A stretch of 53,506 nucleotides of DNA from an uncultured Fibrobacteraceae bacterium (lineage in GTDB: Bacteria > Krumholzibacteriota > Krumholzibacteriia > LZORAL124-64-63). This document shows, piece by piece, positions 46,695-53,506 of this stretch. Positions within the stretch are counted from its first letter, which is position 1, and every line of letters starts with the position of its first letter. The stretch is from assembly GCA_964630845.1 (NCBI GenBank), contig CAZVWL010000001.1, forward strand, positions 1-53,506, in the 5' to 3' direction. The position numbers were made by a program, and so were the translations under genes. The notes below the pieces were generated by a model that was not told where the DNA came from, searched no databases, and worked only from the letters and a program-made list of their open reading frames with translations.

Positions 46695-48673
46695 GGCTTG
46701 CCTCTCCCGGTGATCTCGCCCAGCAGTCCCTCGGTCTCCTTCTCCAGCGCCAGGATGTCCGCCCGGATCTCCTCCAGCGTGCGCAGCGGTTGCGGCTTGT
46801 AGAAATAGCGGGTGAAGCTGATTTCGTAGCCTATCTTGACGCTGTCCTCCACGTACCAGGCGTCGCGGGCGTGCGGCAGCACCTCGCGACGCAGGAAGGC
46901 CTCGATGCCGCCCTCTTCGAGCAGCGGCACCTGTTCGGTGTCGCGCAGATCGGTGTCGGGCTCGTACTCGACCACGGCAGGCTTGCCACCGATGGTGGCC
47001 TCGAACAGGCCGCGCAGCCGATCGGCCGCGATGCCCTTCTTGTGGATCTTCCTGATGACCGGCGGGGCGTCGTCGGCGCGCTCGGTCGTCTCCTTGAGCG
47101 CCTTGATCTCCTTTGCGGCGTAGGCGCGCTCGGGATCGATGCCGTTCAGACGCAGCGGGCGCTCGACGGTGACCTTCCAGTAGCCGAAGGCGGGGTTCGG
47201 GAAGATCTTCGACTGCTCGGTCTCCTGGAAGGCGAGGAAGGTGTCGCAGATGCGCACGATGTCTTCGCCCGACAGCTCGCAGTTCTTCTTGCCCAGGTTC
47301 TTGCGCAGCGGCTTGAACCACTGCGTGGCGTCGACGAGCTGCACCATGCCCCTGCGGTTCTCCGGCTTGCGGTTCGACAGCACCCAGATGTAGGTGGCGA
47401 TGCCGGTGTTGTAGAACATGTTGAGCGGCAGGGCGACGATGGCCTCGAGCCAGTCGTTCTCGATGATCCAGCGGCGGATGTTGCTCTCGCCCTGGCCGGC
47501 GTCGCCGGTGAAGAGCGAGCTGCCGTTGTGCACCTCGGCGATGCGGCTGCCGAGGGCGGTGGCGTGCTTCATCTTGGAGAGCATGTTGGCCAGGAAGAGC
47601 ATCTGGCCGTCGCTCGAGCGGGTGACTAGCGAATACTCCGGATCGCCCGCGTGCTCGATCAGGAAGCGCGGGTCCTTGAGTCCGCCCTTGCCGCCCATGC
47701 GCTCGAGGTCGCCTTTCCAGCTCTTGCCGTACGGCGGATTGGAGAGCATGAAGTCGAACTCGCGCGAGGGGAAAGCGTCGTTGGCGAGCGTGGAGTGCTC
47801 CGGCCCGCCAACGATGTTGTCCGCCGCGTCGCCCTCGCCCTTGAGCAGGAGGTCGGCCATACAGATCGCGTAGGTCTCGGCGTTGATCTCCTGGCCGTAG
47901 AGGTGGGTCGCGACCTCCTTACCGTGCTGCCGCGCGAGTTCCTGGAGCGTCTCCTCCGCGACCGTGAGCATGCCGCCCGTGCCGCAGGCGCCGTCGTAGA
48001 GCAGGTAGGTGCCCGACTCGATCCGGTCGGCGATGGGTAGGAACATGAGCTTCGTCATGAGCCGCACTGCGTCTCGCGGCGTCCAGTGCTCGCCGGCCTC
48101 CTCGTTATTTTCCTCGTTGAACTTGCGAACCAGCTCTTCGAATATCGAGCCCATCCCATGGTTATCGAGGCCGGGATGCTTCACCGAGCCATCGCCGTTC
48201 ATGACCGGGTTCGGGCTCAGGTTGATGTCGGGCGAGAGAAACTTCTCGATCAGCGTGCCCAGCGCGTCGGCCTTCGAGAGTCGCGGGATCTGGTTGCGGA
48301 ACTCGAAGTTCTCGAGGATGTCCTGGACGTTCGGGGAGAAGCCGTCGAGGTAAGCCTCGAAGTCGGCTTTGAGCTGCTGCTGGCTGGCGCGGGCCTTGAG
48401 GTCGCGGAGCGTGAACTTCGAGGTGTTGTAGAACGCCTGCCCGGCTGCCGTGCGCAGGGCCTGGTCCTGGTTGGTGATCTCGGCTTTGTCGAGCGACGCC
48501 TTCATGTCGAGCACGGCCTGCTTCGTCGGCTCAAGCACGGCGTCGAGACGGCGTAGGACCGTCATGGGGAGGATCACGTCGCGGTACTTGCCACGGACGT
48601 ATAGGTCGCGCAGGACGTCGTCGGCGATGCCCCAGATGAAGTTCGCGATCCAGTTCAGCTGGCCTTGTTCCAT
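46691..48673 (-). CDS. hsdM: Type I R-M N6-adenine DNA methyltransferase subunit M
   Basis: HsdM N-terminal domain (...IANFIWGIADDVLRDLYVRGKYRDVILPMTVLRRLD...), SAM motif DGACGTGGML and catalytic NPPYG. Confidence 0.92.
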   Translation of the reverse strand: MEQGQLNWIANFIWGIADDVLRDLYVRGKYRDVILPMTVLRRLDAVLEPTKQAVLDMKASLDKAEITNQDQALRTAAGQAFYNTSKFTLRDLKARASQQQLKADFEAYLDGFSPNVQDILENFEFRNQIPRLSKADALGTLIEKFLSPDINLSPNPVMNGDGSVKHPGLDNHGMGSIFEELVRKFNEENNEEAGEHWTPRDAVRLMTKLMFLPIADRIESGTYLLYDGACGTGGMLTVAEETLQELARQHGKEVATHLYGQEINAETYAICMADLLLKGEGDAADNIVGGPEHSTLANDAFPSREFDFMLSNPPYGKSWKGDLERMGGKGGLKDPRFLIEHAGDPEYSLVTRSSDGQMLFLANMLSKMKHATALGSRIAEVHNGSSLFTGDAGQGESNIRRWIIENDWLEAIVALPLNMFYNTGIATYIWVLSNRKPENRRGMVQLVDATQWFKPLRKNLGKKNCELSGEDIVRICDTFLAFQETEQSKIFPNPAFGYWKVTVERPLRLNGIDPERAYAAKEIKALKETTERADDAPPVIRKIHKKGIAADRLRGLFEATIGGKPAVVEYEPDTDLRDTEQVPLLEEGGIEAFLRREVLPHARDAWYVEDSVKIGYEISFTRYFYKPQPLRTLEEIRADILALEKETEGLLGEITGRGKP

Positions 48674-49074
48674 GTTGCTCCGTGTTCGTGGGCCACTCAG
48701 GGTTTGCCGGGAGGCCTAACGACGTGGCATTAAGCTGCAAGCGATTCTGGCGCGCAGCTGGCGCTAGCCTTACGCGTGACAGAGCCGATCGTCAGCTTGA
48801 CGGCTTCTTATACAATCACGTCTAGGGCTTTGGCACCTTCTTCGTGACTTTCTTCACGCGTGCCGCGCGAGGTACTCCCCGCTTACCTGGATAACCCTCG
48901 AAACGTCGGACGAGTACGTGGGTCACAACCGTACTTCCGGCGTCGGTGGTAACGGAATCATCCCAAGAATCAGCGATGAGCGTCGAATCCTGGGGGTAGA
49001 AACATGCCTTATAATCGGCGTACTCGATGCCGTGTGCCCCTTTTACGTGCTTACTCAGGGCGCCACCCTTTCCG

Positions 49075-49082
49075 CAATTCAG
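49075..49082. repeat. Target-site duplication CAATTCAG (left)
   Basis: An identical 8-mer abuts both IS ends. Confidence 0.8.
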
Positions 49083-50458
49083 GGCTCTCCTGGTATGATT
49101 ATGGGCGAAACTGCCCCGCCCAACCCAGTCTAACCTCTATTCTATCATAGAAATACGCACGGAACCATGGCTCAATGGAGTTGCAACACTTCAAAACGAG
49201 CCAAGGAGGGTTCCGTGCGCCTGACTACTGTACTGCATCGGCTGATCGCCGTCACGTCCATCTTCGTGCGCGAGTTTGAGCTGACCAAGGGGGGCCTGAT
49301 CCTCGATGTCCGCCCGACCTGGCGCCGGCCTCGGTGCAATCGGTGCCAACGTCGCGGCGCGATCTACGACACCCAGGCGCCCCGGCGATGGCGGCACCTC
49401 GGCCTCGGCAGCCTGCGCGTCTGGTTGCGGTACGCACCCCGGCGAGTCCATTGTCGCCACTGCGGCGTCATCCGCGTCGAGCACCTGCCGTGGGCCGTCT
49501 CCGGCTCCGGGTTCACGCTCGCCTTCGAGGAGTTGTGCGCCTACCTGGCCCAGATCACCGACCGGACCTCGGTCACCAGGTTGCTGGGGATCGACTGGCG
49601 TACCGTCGGCGTGATCGTCGGCCGGGTCGTCGATCGCAAGCTCGATCCAGGCCGGCTGAAGGGCCTGCGCAGGATTGGTGTCGACGAGTTCAGCTACCGC
49701 AAGCGCCACCGCTATCTGACGATCATTGTTGACCACGACCGGCGTAGCGTCGTCTGGACTGGCGAGGGCAAGGGCAGAGAAGCCCTGACACGGTTCTTCG
49801 CGGAGATCGGCGCAGAAGCCTGCCAGCAACTCGAAACAGTGACCATGGACATGTCGGCCGGATACCGTCGGGCCGTCCTCGATCACGCACCGCAGGCGCT
49901 CATCGTCTTCGACCGCTTCCACGTCCAGAAGCTCGCCGGAGAGGCGCTCGACGAGGTGCGCCGCGAGGTCATGCGAGGAGCCGACGACGGGGATCTCAAG
50001 AGAGCCATCAAACGGTCGCGCTGGTCGCTGCTGAAGGCCGCCGACGATGTCACCGAGAAGGACGAGCGCAAACTTAGTGACATCGAGCGAGCCTACAAGC
50101 CGCTCTACCGGGCGTACCTGCTGAAGGAGGTCCTGCGACGTGCGCTCTCCAGAAAGCAACCGTGGCGGGCGCGGCGCGATCTTCAGGAGTGGATCGGCTG
50201 GGCAGCACGGTCGCGTCTGGAGCCATTCAAGCGCCTCGGCAAGACCATCCGCAACCATCTCGATGGCATCTTGGCCTACGTCGAGATGCAGCTGACCAAC
50301 GGGCTGGTCGAGGGGATCAACGCCAAGTCAAGAATGATCGCCCGGCGAGCGTACGGCTTCCATAGCGCTCACGCGCTGATGGCCATGATCATGCTATGTA
50401 GCGGGGGCATCATGCTGTCGCCGGCGCTGCCGTGACCCACAATGTTACCAGGAGAGCC
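49083..50458 (+). mobile_element. ISL3-family insertion sequence (1376 bp)
   Basis: The terminal inverted repeats are GGCTCTCCTGGTA... at 49083 and its complement ending at 50458, with 13 nt perfect. They are flanked by the 8-bp direct repeat CAATTCAG and enclose one transposase gene. Confidence 0.85.
49167..50435 (+). CDS. ISL3-family transposase
   Basis: zf-ISL3 cysteines (...RCNRCQRRG...HCRHCG...). DDE_Tnp_ISL3-like core ...IGVDEFSYRKRHRYLTIIVD...VTMDMSAGYRRAV...DRFHV.... Confidence 0.9.
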   Translation: MAQWSCNTSKRAKEGSVRLTTVLHRLIAVTSIFVREFELTKGGLILDVRPTWRRPRCNRCQRRGAIYDTQAPRRWRHLGLGSLRVWLRYAPRRVHCRHCGVIRVEHLPWAVSGSGFTLAFEELCAYLAQITDRTSVTRLLGIDWRTVGVIVGRVVDRKLDPGRLKGLRRIGVDEFSYRKRHRYLTIIVDHDRRSVVWTGEGKGREALTRFFAEIGAEACQQLETVTMDMSAGYRRAVLDHAPQALIVFDRFHVQKLAGEALDEVRREVMRGADDGDLKRAIKRSRWSLLKAADDVTEKDERKLSDIERAYKPLYRAYLLKEVLRRALSRKQPWRARRDLQEWIGWAARSRLEPFKRLGKTIRNHLDGILAYVEMQLTNGLVEGINAKSRMIARRAYGFHSAHALMAMIMLCSGGIMLSPALP

Positions 50459-50466
50459 CAATTCAG
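50459..50466. repeat. Target-site duplication CAATTCAG (right)
   Basis: An identical 8-mer abuts both IS ends. Confidence 0.8.
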
Positions 50467-50731
50467 TCCACAGATGTTGCACATAGTGCCGTGGCCGGTG
50501 CGTACTGCGCCCTTTTTCCTTGCTGCCATTTCATTCTCCTCCCCATCTTGACAACGTTCAATAGCAAGGCTCGTTCAACGTATTGCCACTCGATGCGATC
50601 TCACTCACTAATGCAGACGCTAGCGTTGCAGGTTTTTTGATCCTCCCCACTCCAGAATCAACGAGAATACACCGATGTCACTTATCTGTAAACCCTGTGT
50701 GCTTCCGGTGCCTCACTTCAACTTGGCTACC

Positions 50732-51409
50732 TCAGGCAGTACGACCCACCGATGTGGATTGTAGACTCGACGCCCGTGTATCCAGCAAGTCCTCGGAAGG
50801 TAGAAAGCGCCCCTCCACCCGGCCGGCCACCCCTAGTTGCGCGGCGCGGGCCCGGACCGTGACGTCCTCGGCCTGCAGCAGTCCCGCCGGATCGATGGCG
50901 CCGCGGCGCACGTACCGGTTGTCGACGTGCATCACCGCCAGCCGGTCCAGGACCAGGCCCGACTGTTCGATGACCTGGGCCTGGAACGCGACGTCCTCGA
51001 TGTTGACGTCCTTGACCGCGGTCCCGCTCTTGACCTCGTACAGGTCCCAGGCGCCGGCGCCGGTCGGCACCAGGATGTCGGCGCGGCAGTAGCTGCGGTC
51101 GTGCTCGAAGCTGGCCTCGAAGATCGGCCGGCGCGCGGCCAGTAACTCGCGCGTGACGGCGACAGTCTGCGCCAGGTCGCCGCTCCAGGGCACCTCGACG
51201 CCGTCGGGGAATAGCTGCTTGGCCAGGTCGCCCACTGCGTGGCCGGTTTCGAAGATGGCCTGCAGGGCGGGGTCCGGCGACGGTACCAGGTCTGGCGCGT
51301 TGAGTTGGTGCCAGAGCAGCTTGGGGCACTGCAGGCCGGCGAGGTACTTGGATTTCGAGATCGTGGCGGTCAATCTGGGTCCTGCTTCCTTTCGGGGGGT
51401 GGGGATCAT
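50732..51409 (-). CDS. DUF2779-type PD-(D/E)xK (Cas4-like) nuclease, C-terminally truncated
   Basis: N-terminus ...ISKSKYLAGLQCPKLLWHQL... and ...DILVPTGAGAWDLYEVKSGT.... It ends after 225 aa, without the C-terminal Cys cluster expected for the family. The tail is encoded where GC drops. Trimmed from track ORF 50732..51970. Confidence 0.65.
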   Translation of the reverse strand: MIPTPRKEAGPRLTATISKSKYLAGLQCPKLLWHQLNAPDLVPSPDPALQAIFETGHAVGDLAKQLFPDGVEVPWSGDLAQTVAVTRELLAARRPIFEASFEHDRSYCRADILVPTGAGAWDLYEVKSGTAVKDVNIEDVAFQAQVIEQSGLVLDRLAVMHVDNRYVRRGAIDPAGLLQAEDVTVRARAAQLGVAGRVEGRFLPSEDLLDTRASSLQSTSVGRTA

Positions 51410-51536
51410 GGCATGCTGGTGTTCCAGGAGACGGAATGCAATGGGGATTGGGGATCCCAGGGTGATAGGACGTGGCTGATGACCTGCCGCGACAGGTCGA
51501 TCTCGATCTCGCCAAGTTGATGTCTCGGTTACCCCG

Positions 51537-52712
51537 CTACGGTCGCGCCTCAGCGATCTCGCGCGCCAGCGCAGGCAGCGATACCGCCTGGACGTCGCCG
51601 CTAATCGGATACGTCTCTTCGCCCGGATACACCAGGTACCGGCGCTCGGGCGACAGGTCTGCACACGCGCTGAAGTAACCCTTCCTCGGGTGTGGGGCGA
51701 GGCTGCGCTTGACCTCGACCGACCAGAGACGTCCGCCTGGAAAGTGCAGAAGCAGATCGATCTCGGCGCCGCCACTGGTGCGGTAGAAGAAGCCGTGCAC
51801 CCCCTCCGGGGCGGCGGCCAGGAGCTGCTCGATCGCGAATCCCTCCCAGCTCGCGCCCACCACCGGATGAGCGAGCAGGGTCTCCTTGTCCCCGATGCCC
51901 AGCAGGGCATGGACCAGGCCGCTGTCGCGAACATAGACCTTCGGCGACTTGACCAGACGCTTGCCGACATTGGTGTGCCAGGACGGCAGCCGCCGCACCA
52001 GCAGCAGGTCTACCAGCAGGTCGATGTAGCCGCCCACGGTCTTGACGTCGACGCCGAGGTTGCGCGCCAGCTGCGCGACGTTGAGCAGCGAACCCTGGCC
52101 GTGGGCGAGCATGGTCCAGAAGCGGCGCAGACGCTCGGCGGCCAGGCGTGGACCGAACTGCGGGATGTCGCGCTCCAGGTAGGTGCGGATGAAGTCCTGA
52201 CGCCAGCGCAGGCTGCGTGGGCCGCTGGGCGCCAGGAAGCTCTCGGGAAAGCCGCCCCGCAGCCACAGGCGGTCGCGGTCGGCTGCCTCTGCACCGACCT
52301 CGAGGACATCGAAGGGATGCAGTTCCAGGTAGCTGACGCGGCCGGCGAGGGTCTCACCGGACTGGCGCAGCAGGTCGAGCGATGCGGAGCCCAGGAGCAG
52401 ATAGAGTCCGCTGCGCCGGCCGGCGCGCCGCGCGCGATCGATCAGCCCGCGCAGGACGGGGAAGAGCCCGGGCGCACGATGGACCTCGTCCACGACGACG
52501 AGCTTGTCCAGGTGATCGGCCAGATACAGCTCCGGCTCGGCGAGCTTGGCGCGGTCCTGCTCCGACTCCAGGTCCAGATACAGGGCGTCACGCTGGCTGG
52601 CCAGGGCCAGGGCGAGCGTGGTCTTGCCCGCCTGGCGTGGTCCAAGTAGCACGACGGCAGGGACTTCGTCGAGTCGTTGCGTGAGTTCGGGGAGGATTCG
52701 CCTGGTTTTCAT
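51537..52712 (-). CDS. AAA-family ATPase (AAA_14 + DUF4143 type)
   Basis: Walker A GPRQAGKTT and Walker B LVVVDEVH. The DUF4143-like C-terminal half reads ...LAHGQGSLLNVAQLARNLGVDVKTVGGYIDLLVDLLLVRRLPSW.... Confidence 0.85.
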   Translation of the reverse strand: MKTRRILPELTQRLDEVPAVVLLGPRQAGKTTLALALASQRDALYLDLESEQDRAKLAEPELYLADHLDKLVVVDEVHRAPGLFPVLRGLIDRARRAGRRSGLYLLLGSASLDLLRQSGETLAGRVSYLELHPFDVLEVGAEAADRDRLWLRGGFPESFLAPSGPRSLRWRQDFIRTYLERDIPQFGPRLAAERLRRFWTMLAHGQGSLLNVAQLARNLGVDVKTVGGYIDLLVDLLLVRRLPSWHTNVGKRLVKSPKVYVRDSGLVHALLGIGDKETLLAHPVVGASWEGFAIEQLLAAAPEGVHGFFYRTSGGAEIDLLLHFPGGRLWSVEVKRSLAPHPRKGYFSACADLSPERRYLVYPGEETYPISGDVQAVSLPALAREIAEARP

Positions 52713-52890
52713 GTGTGCAATTGTGGACTAACGCTCCATGTTTTACAAGCTTAAAAATGGTCACTGGATGCGTGTCTAGCCGCGCGAGGATCTGCCCGCC
52801 CCTGGCGGACTTCCCCGTTCTGGACAGAATGTGGGCACCGTCGTTTCCCGATGCCGGCTCGACGAACCGACGAAGCCGCGGAGAACCACC

Positions 52891-53506
52891 ATGAAACGTA
52901 TCTATCTTCTGCTCCTTCTCGCCCTCTCCGCCTGCAGCGAAACCAACACCATCGTCGACCCCCCACCCGGCGAACCAACCCACGACCTCCTATTCGAAGG
53001 CACCCAGACCACCCACCCCGAACTCTGGCTCCACGACCCCGCCACCAACGACCTCCGCCGCCTCCTCCCCGAAGGCACCATCGCCAAGGACCCCGCCCCA
53101 TCCCCCGACGGCGCCCGCATCGCCTTCGTCGTCTCCGACGAGACCGAGTGGACCGGCGACATCTTCGTCGTCAACCGCGACGGCACCGGCCTGACGCAGC
53201 TCACCTTCGCGCCCGAGATGGACGACCAGCCGGCGTGGTCACCCGACGGCTCCCGCATCGCCTTCCGCAGCTACCGCACCCAGCGCGACGGCGACATCTG
53301 GGTGATGGACGCCGACGGCGCCAACCCCGTCAACCTCACGCCCGACCCGCTGCCCGGCGTCTGGGACGAGCGCCGCCCCGCCTGGTCGCCCGACGGCACG
53401 CTCATCGCGTTCGCCACCAACGCCGCCGGCAGCGTCTGTATCTGGACCATGCGCCCCGACGGCTCCGACCCCCGCCAGCTCACCGACACCATCGACCTCG
53501 ACAACG
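52891..53506 (+). CDS. TolB-like PD40 beta-propeller lipoprotein (3' end outside window)
   Basis: Not in the ORF track because it has no stop in the window. From ATG 52891: MKRIYLLLLLALSAC (lipobox), then PD40 repeats SPDGARIAF, WSPDGSRIAF and WSPDGTLIAF. Confidence 0.75.
   Translation, partial: MKRIYLLLLLALSACSETNTIVDPPPGEPTHDLLFEGTQTTHPELWLHDPATNDLRRLLPEGTIAKDPAPSPDGARIAFVVSDETEWTGDIFVVNRDGTGLTQLTFAPEMDDQPAWSPDGSRIAFRSYRTQRDGDIWVMDADGANPVNLTPDPLPGVWDERRPAWSPDGTLIAFATNAAGSVCIWTMRPDGSDPRQLTDTIDLDN

Larger units (their letters stand above)
49020..50529 (-). pseudogene. Tiny C2H2 zinc-finger ORF (41 codons when reconstructed) split by the ISL3 insertion
   Basis: Removing the IS and one TSD copy gives GGAGGAG-N6-ATG MAARKKGAVRTGHGTMCNICGLNCGKGGALSKHVKGAHGIE*. 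This is C-X2-C-X12-H-X4-H, and the TSD falls inside the finger. Confidence 0.35.

Noticed and set aside
45894-47321. 475-aa ORF extending the nuclease-like gene upstream into hsdM.
   Set aside because: The N-terminal roughly 210 codons are an out-of-frame read of hsdM, rich in Arg/Gly/Pro. The ATG at 46694 overlaps the hsdM stop, which matches the ATGA coupling seen at the other junctions.
48821-49082. My first reading of the IS-disrupted ORF as a 113-aa zinc-finger protein running on to the TAG at 48821.
   Set aside because: On recounting, the sequence at 49016-49026 is CGGCGTTACTC, which puts a TAA (49020-49022) in frame after 41 codons. The longer reading needs a +1 frameshift, so it is reported only as a possible decayed remnant.

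Overview
Strongly GC-rich bacterial chromosomal window. It probably comes from an uncultured lineage, because two large secreted proteins end in FlgD-Ig/Por-tail-like ...YPNPFNP... sorting domains. About 45 genes can be supported. Most long alternative-frame ORFs in the track are GC artefacts with Arg/Pro/Gly/Ala-rich translations. From 1 to 35.6 kb the content is mixed housekeeping and accessory. It holds otsB, a lipoprotein cytochrome c with a C-terminal CXXCH, and nrfH-nrfA, where the NrfA first haem motif is CLHCH rather than CXXCK. It also holds an AbiEi/AbiEii toxin-antitoxin pair behind a consensus sigma70 promoter, a secreted HEFQH metallopeptidase, and a Fic gene whose N-terminal coding sequence is cut off by an in-frame TAG. 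Further genes are an orphan B12-binding radical SAM enzyme, a CPA2 antiporter with RCK domains, Dcp, GGT, two GT39-like membrane glycosyltransferases, AbgT, DUF2461, two tandem secreted paralogs of unknown family, quinol-type NO reductase, a 1075-aa LTD-CotH secreted protein and an FN3-LRR lipoprotein. From about 35.6 to 50.8 kb lies a visibly lower-GC defence island on the minus strand: hsdM, a PD-(D/E)xK-like 266-aa protein, a 1062-aa SF2 helicase, hsdS, an AlbA_2/HATPase-like protein and hsdR. The first five genes are chained by four consecutive ATGA start/stop overlaps. The nuclease plus helicase pair inside the type I R-M operon is the best candidate for an embedded second defence system, either Hachiman-like or new. 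hsdS is split by a frameshift at a C8 homopolymer, which suggests phase variation. Upstream of hsdM, an ISL3 element with 8-bp target duplications interrupts a tiny C2H2 zinc-finger ORF. The island abuts a truncated DUF2779 nuclease gene next to an AAA/DUF4143 ATPase. A GC palindrome, TGGTGCGCCGGCGCACCA, recurs at least six times, mostly at gene ends. No rRNA, tRNA or CRISPR array was recognised.
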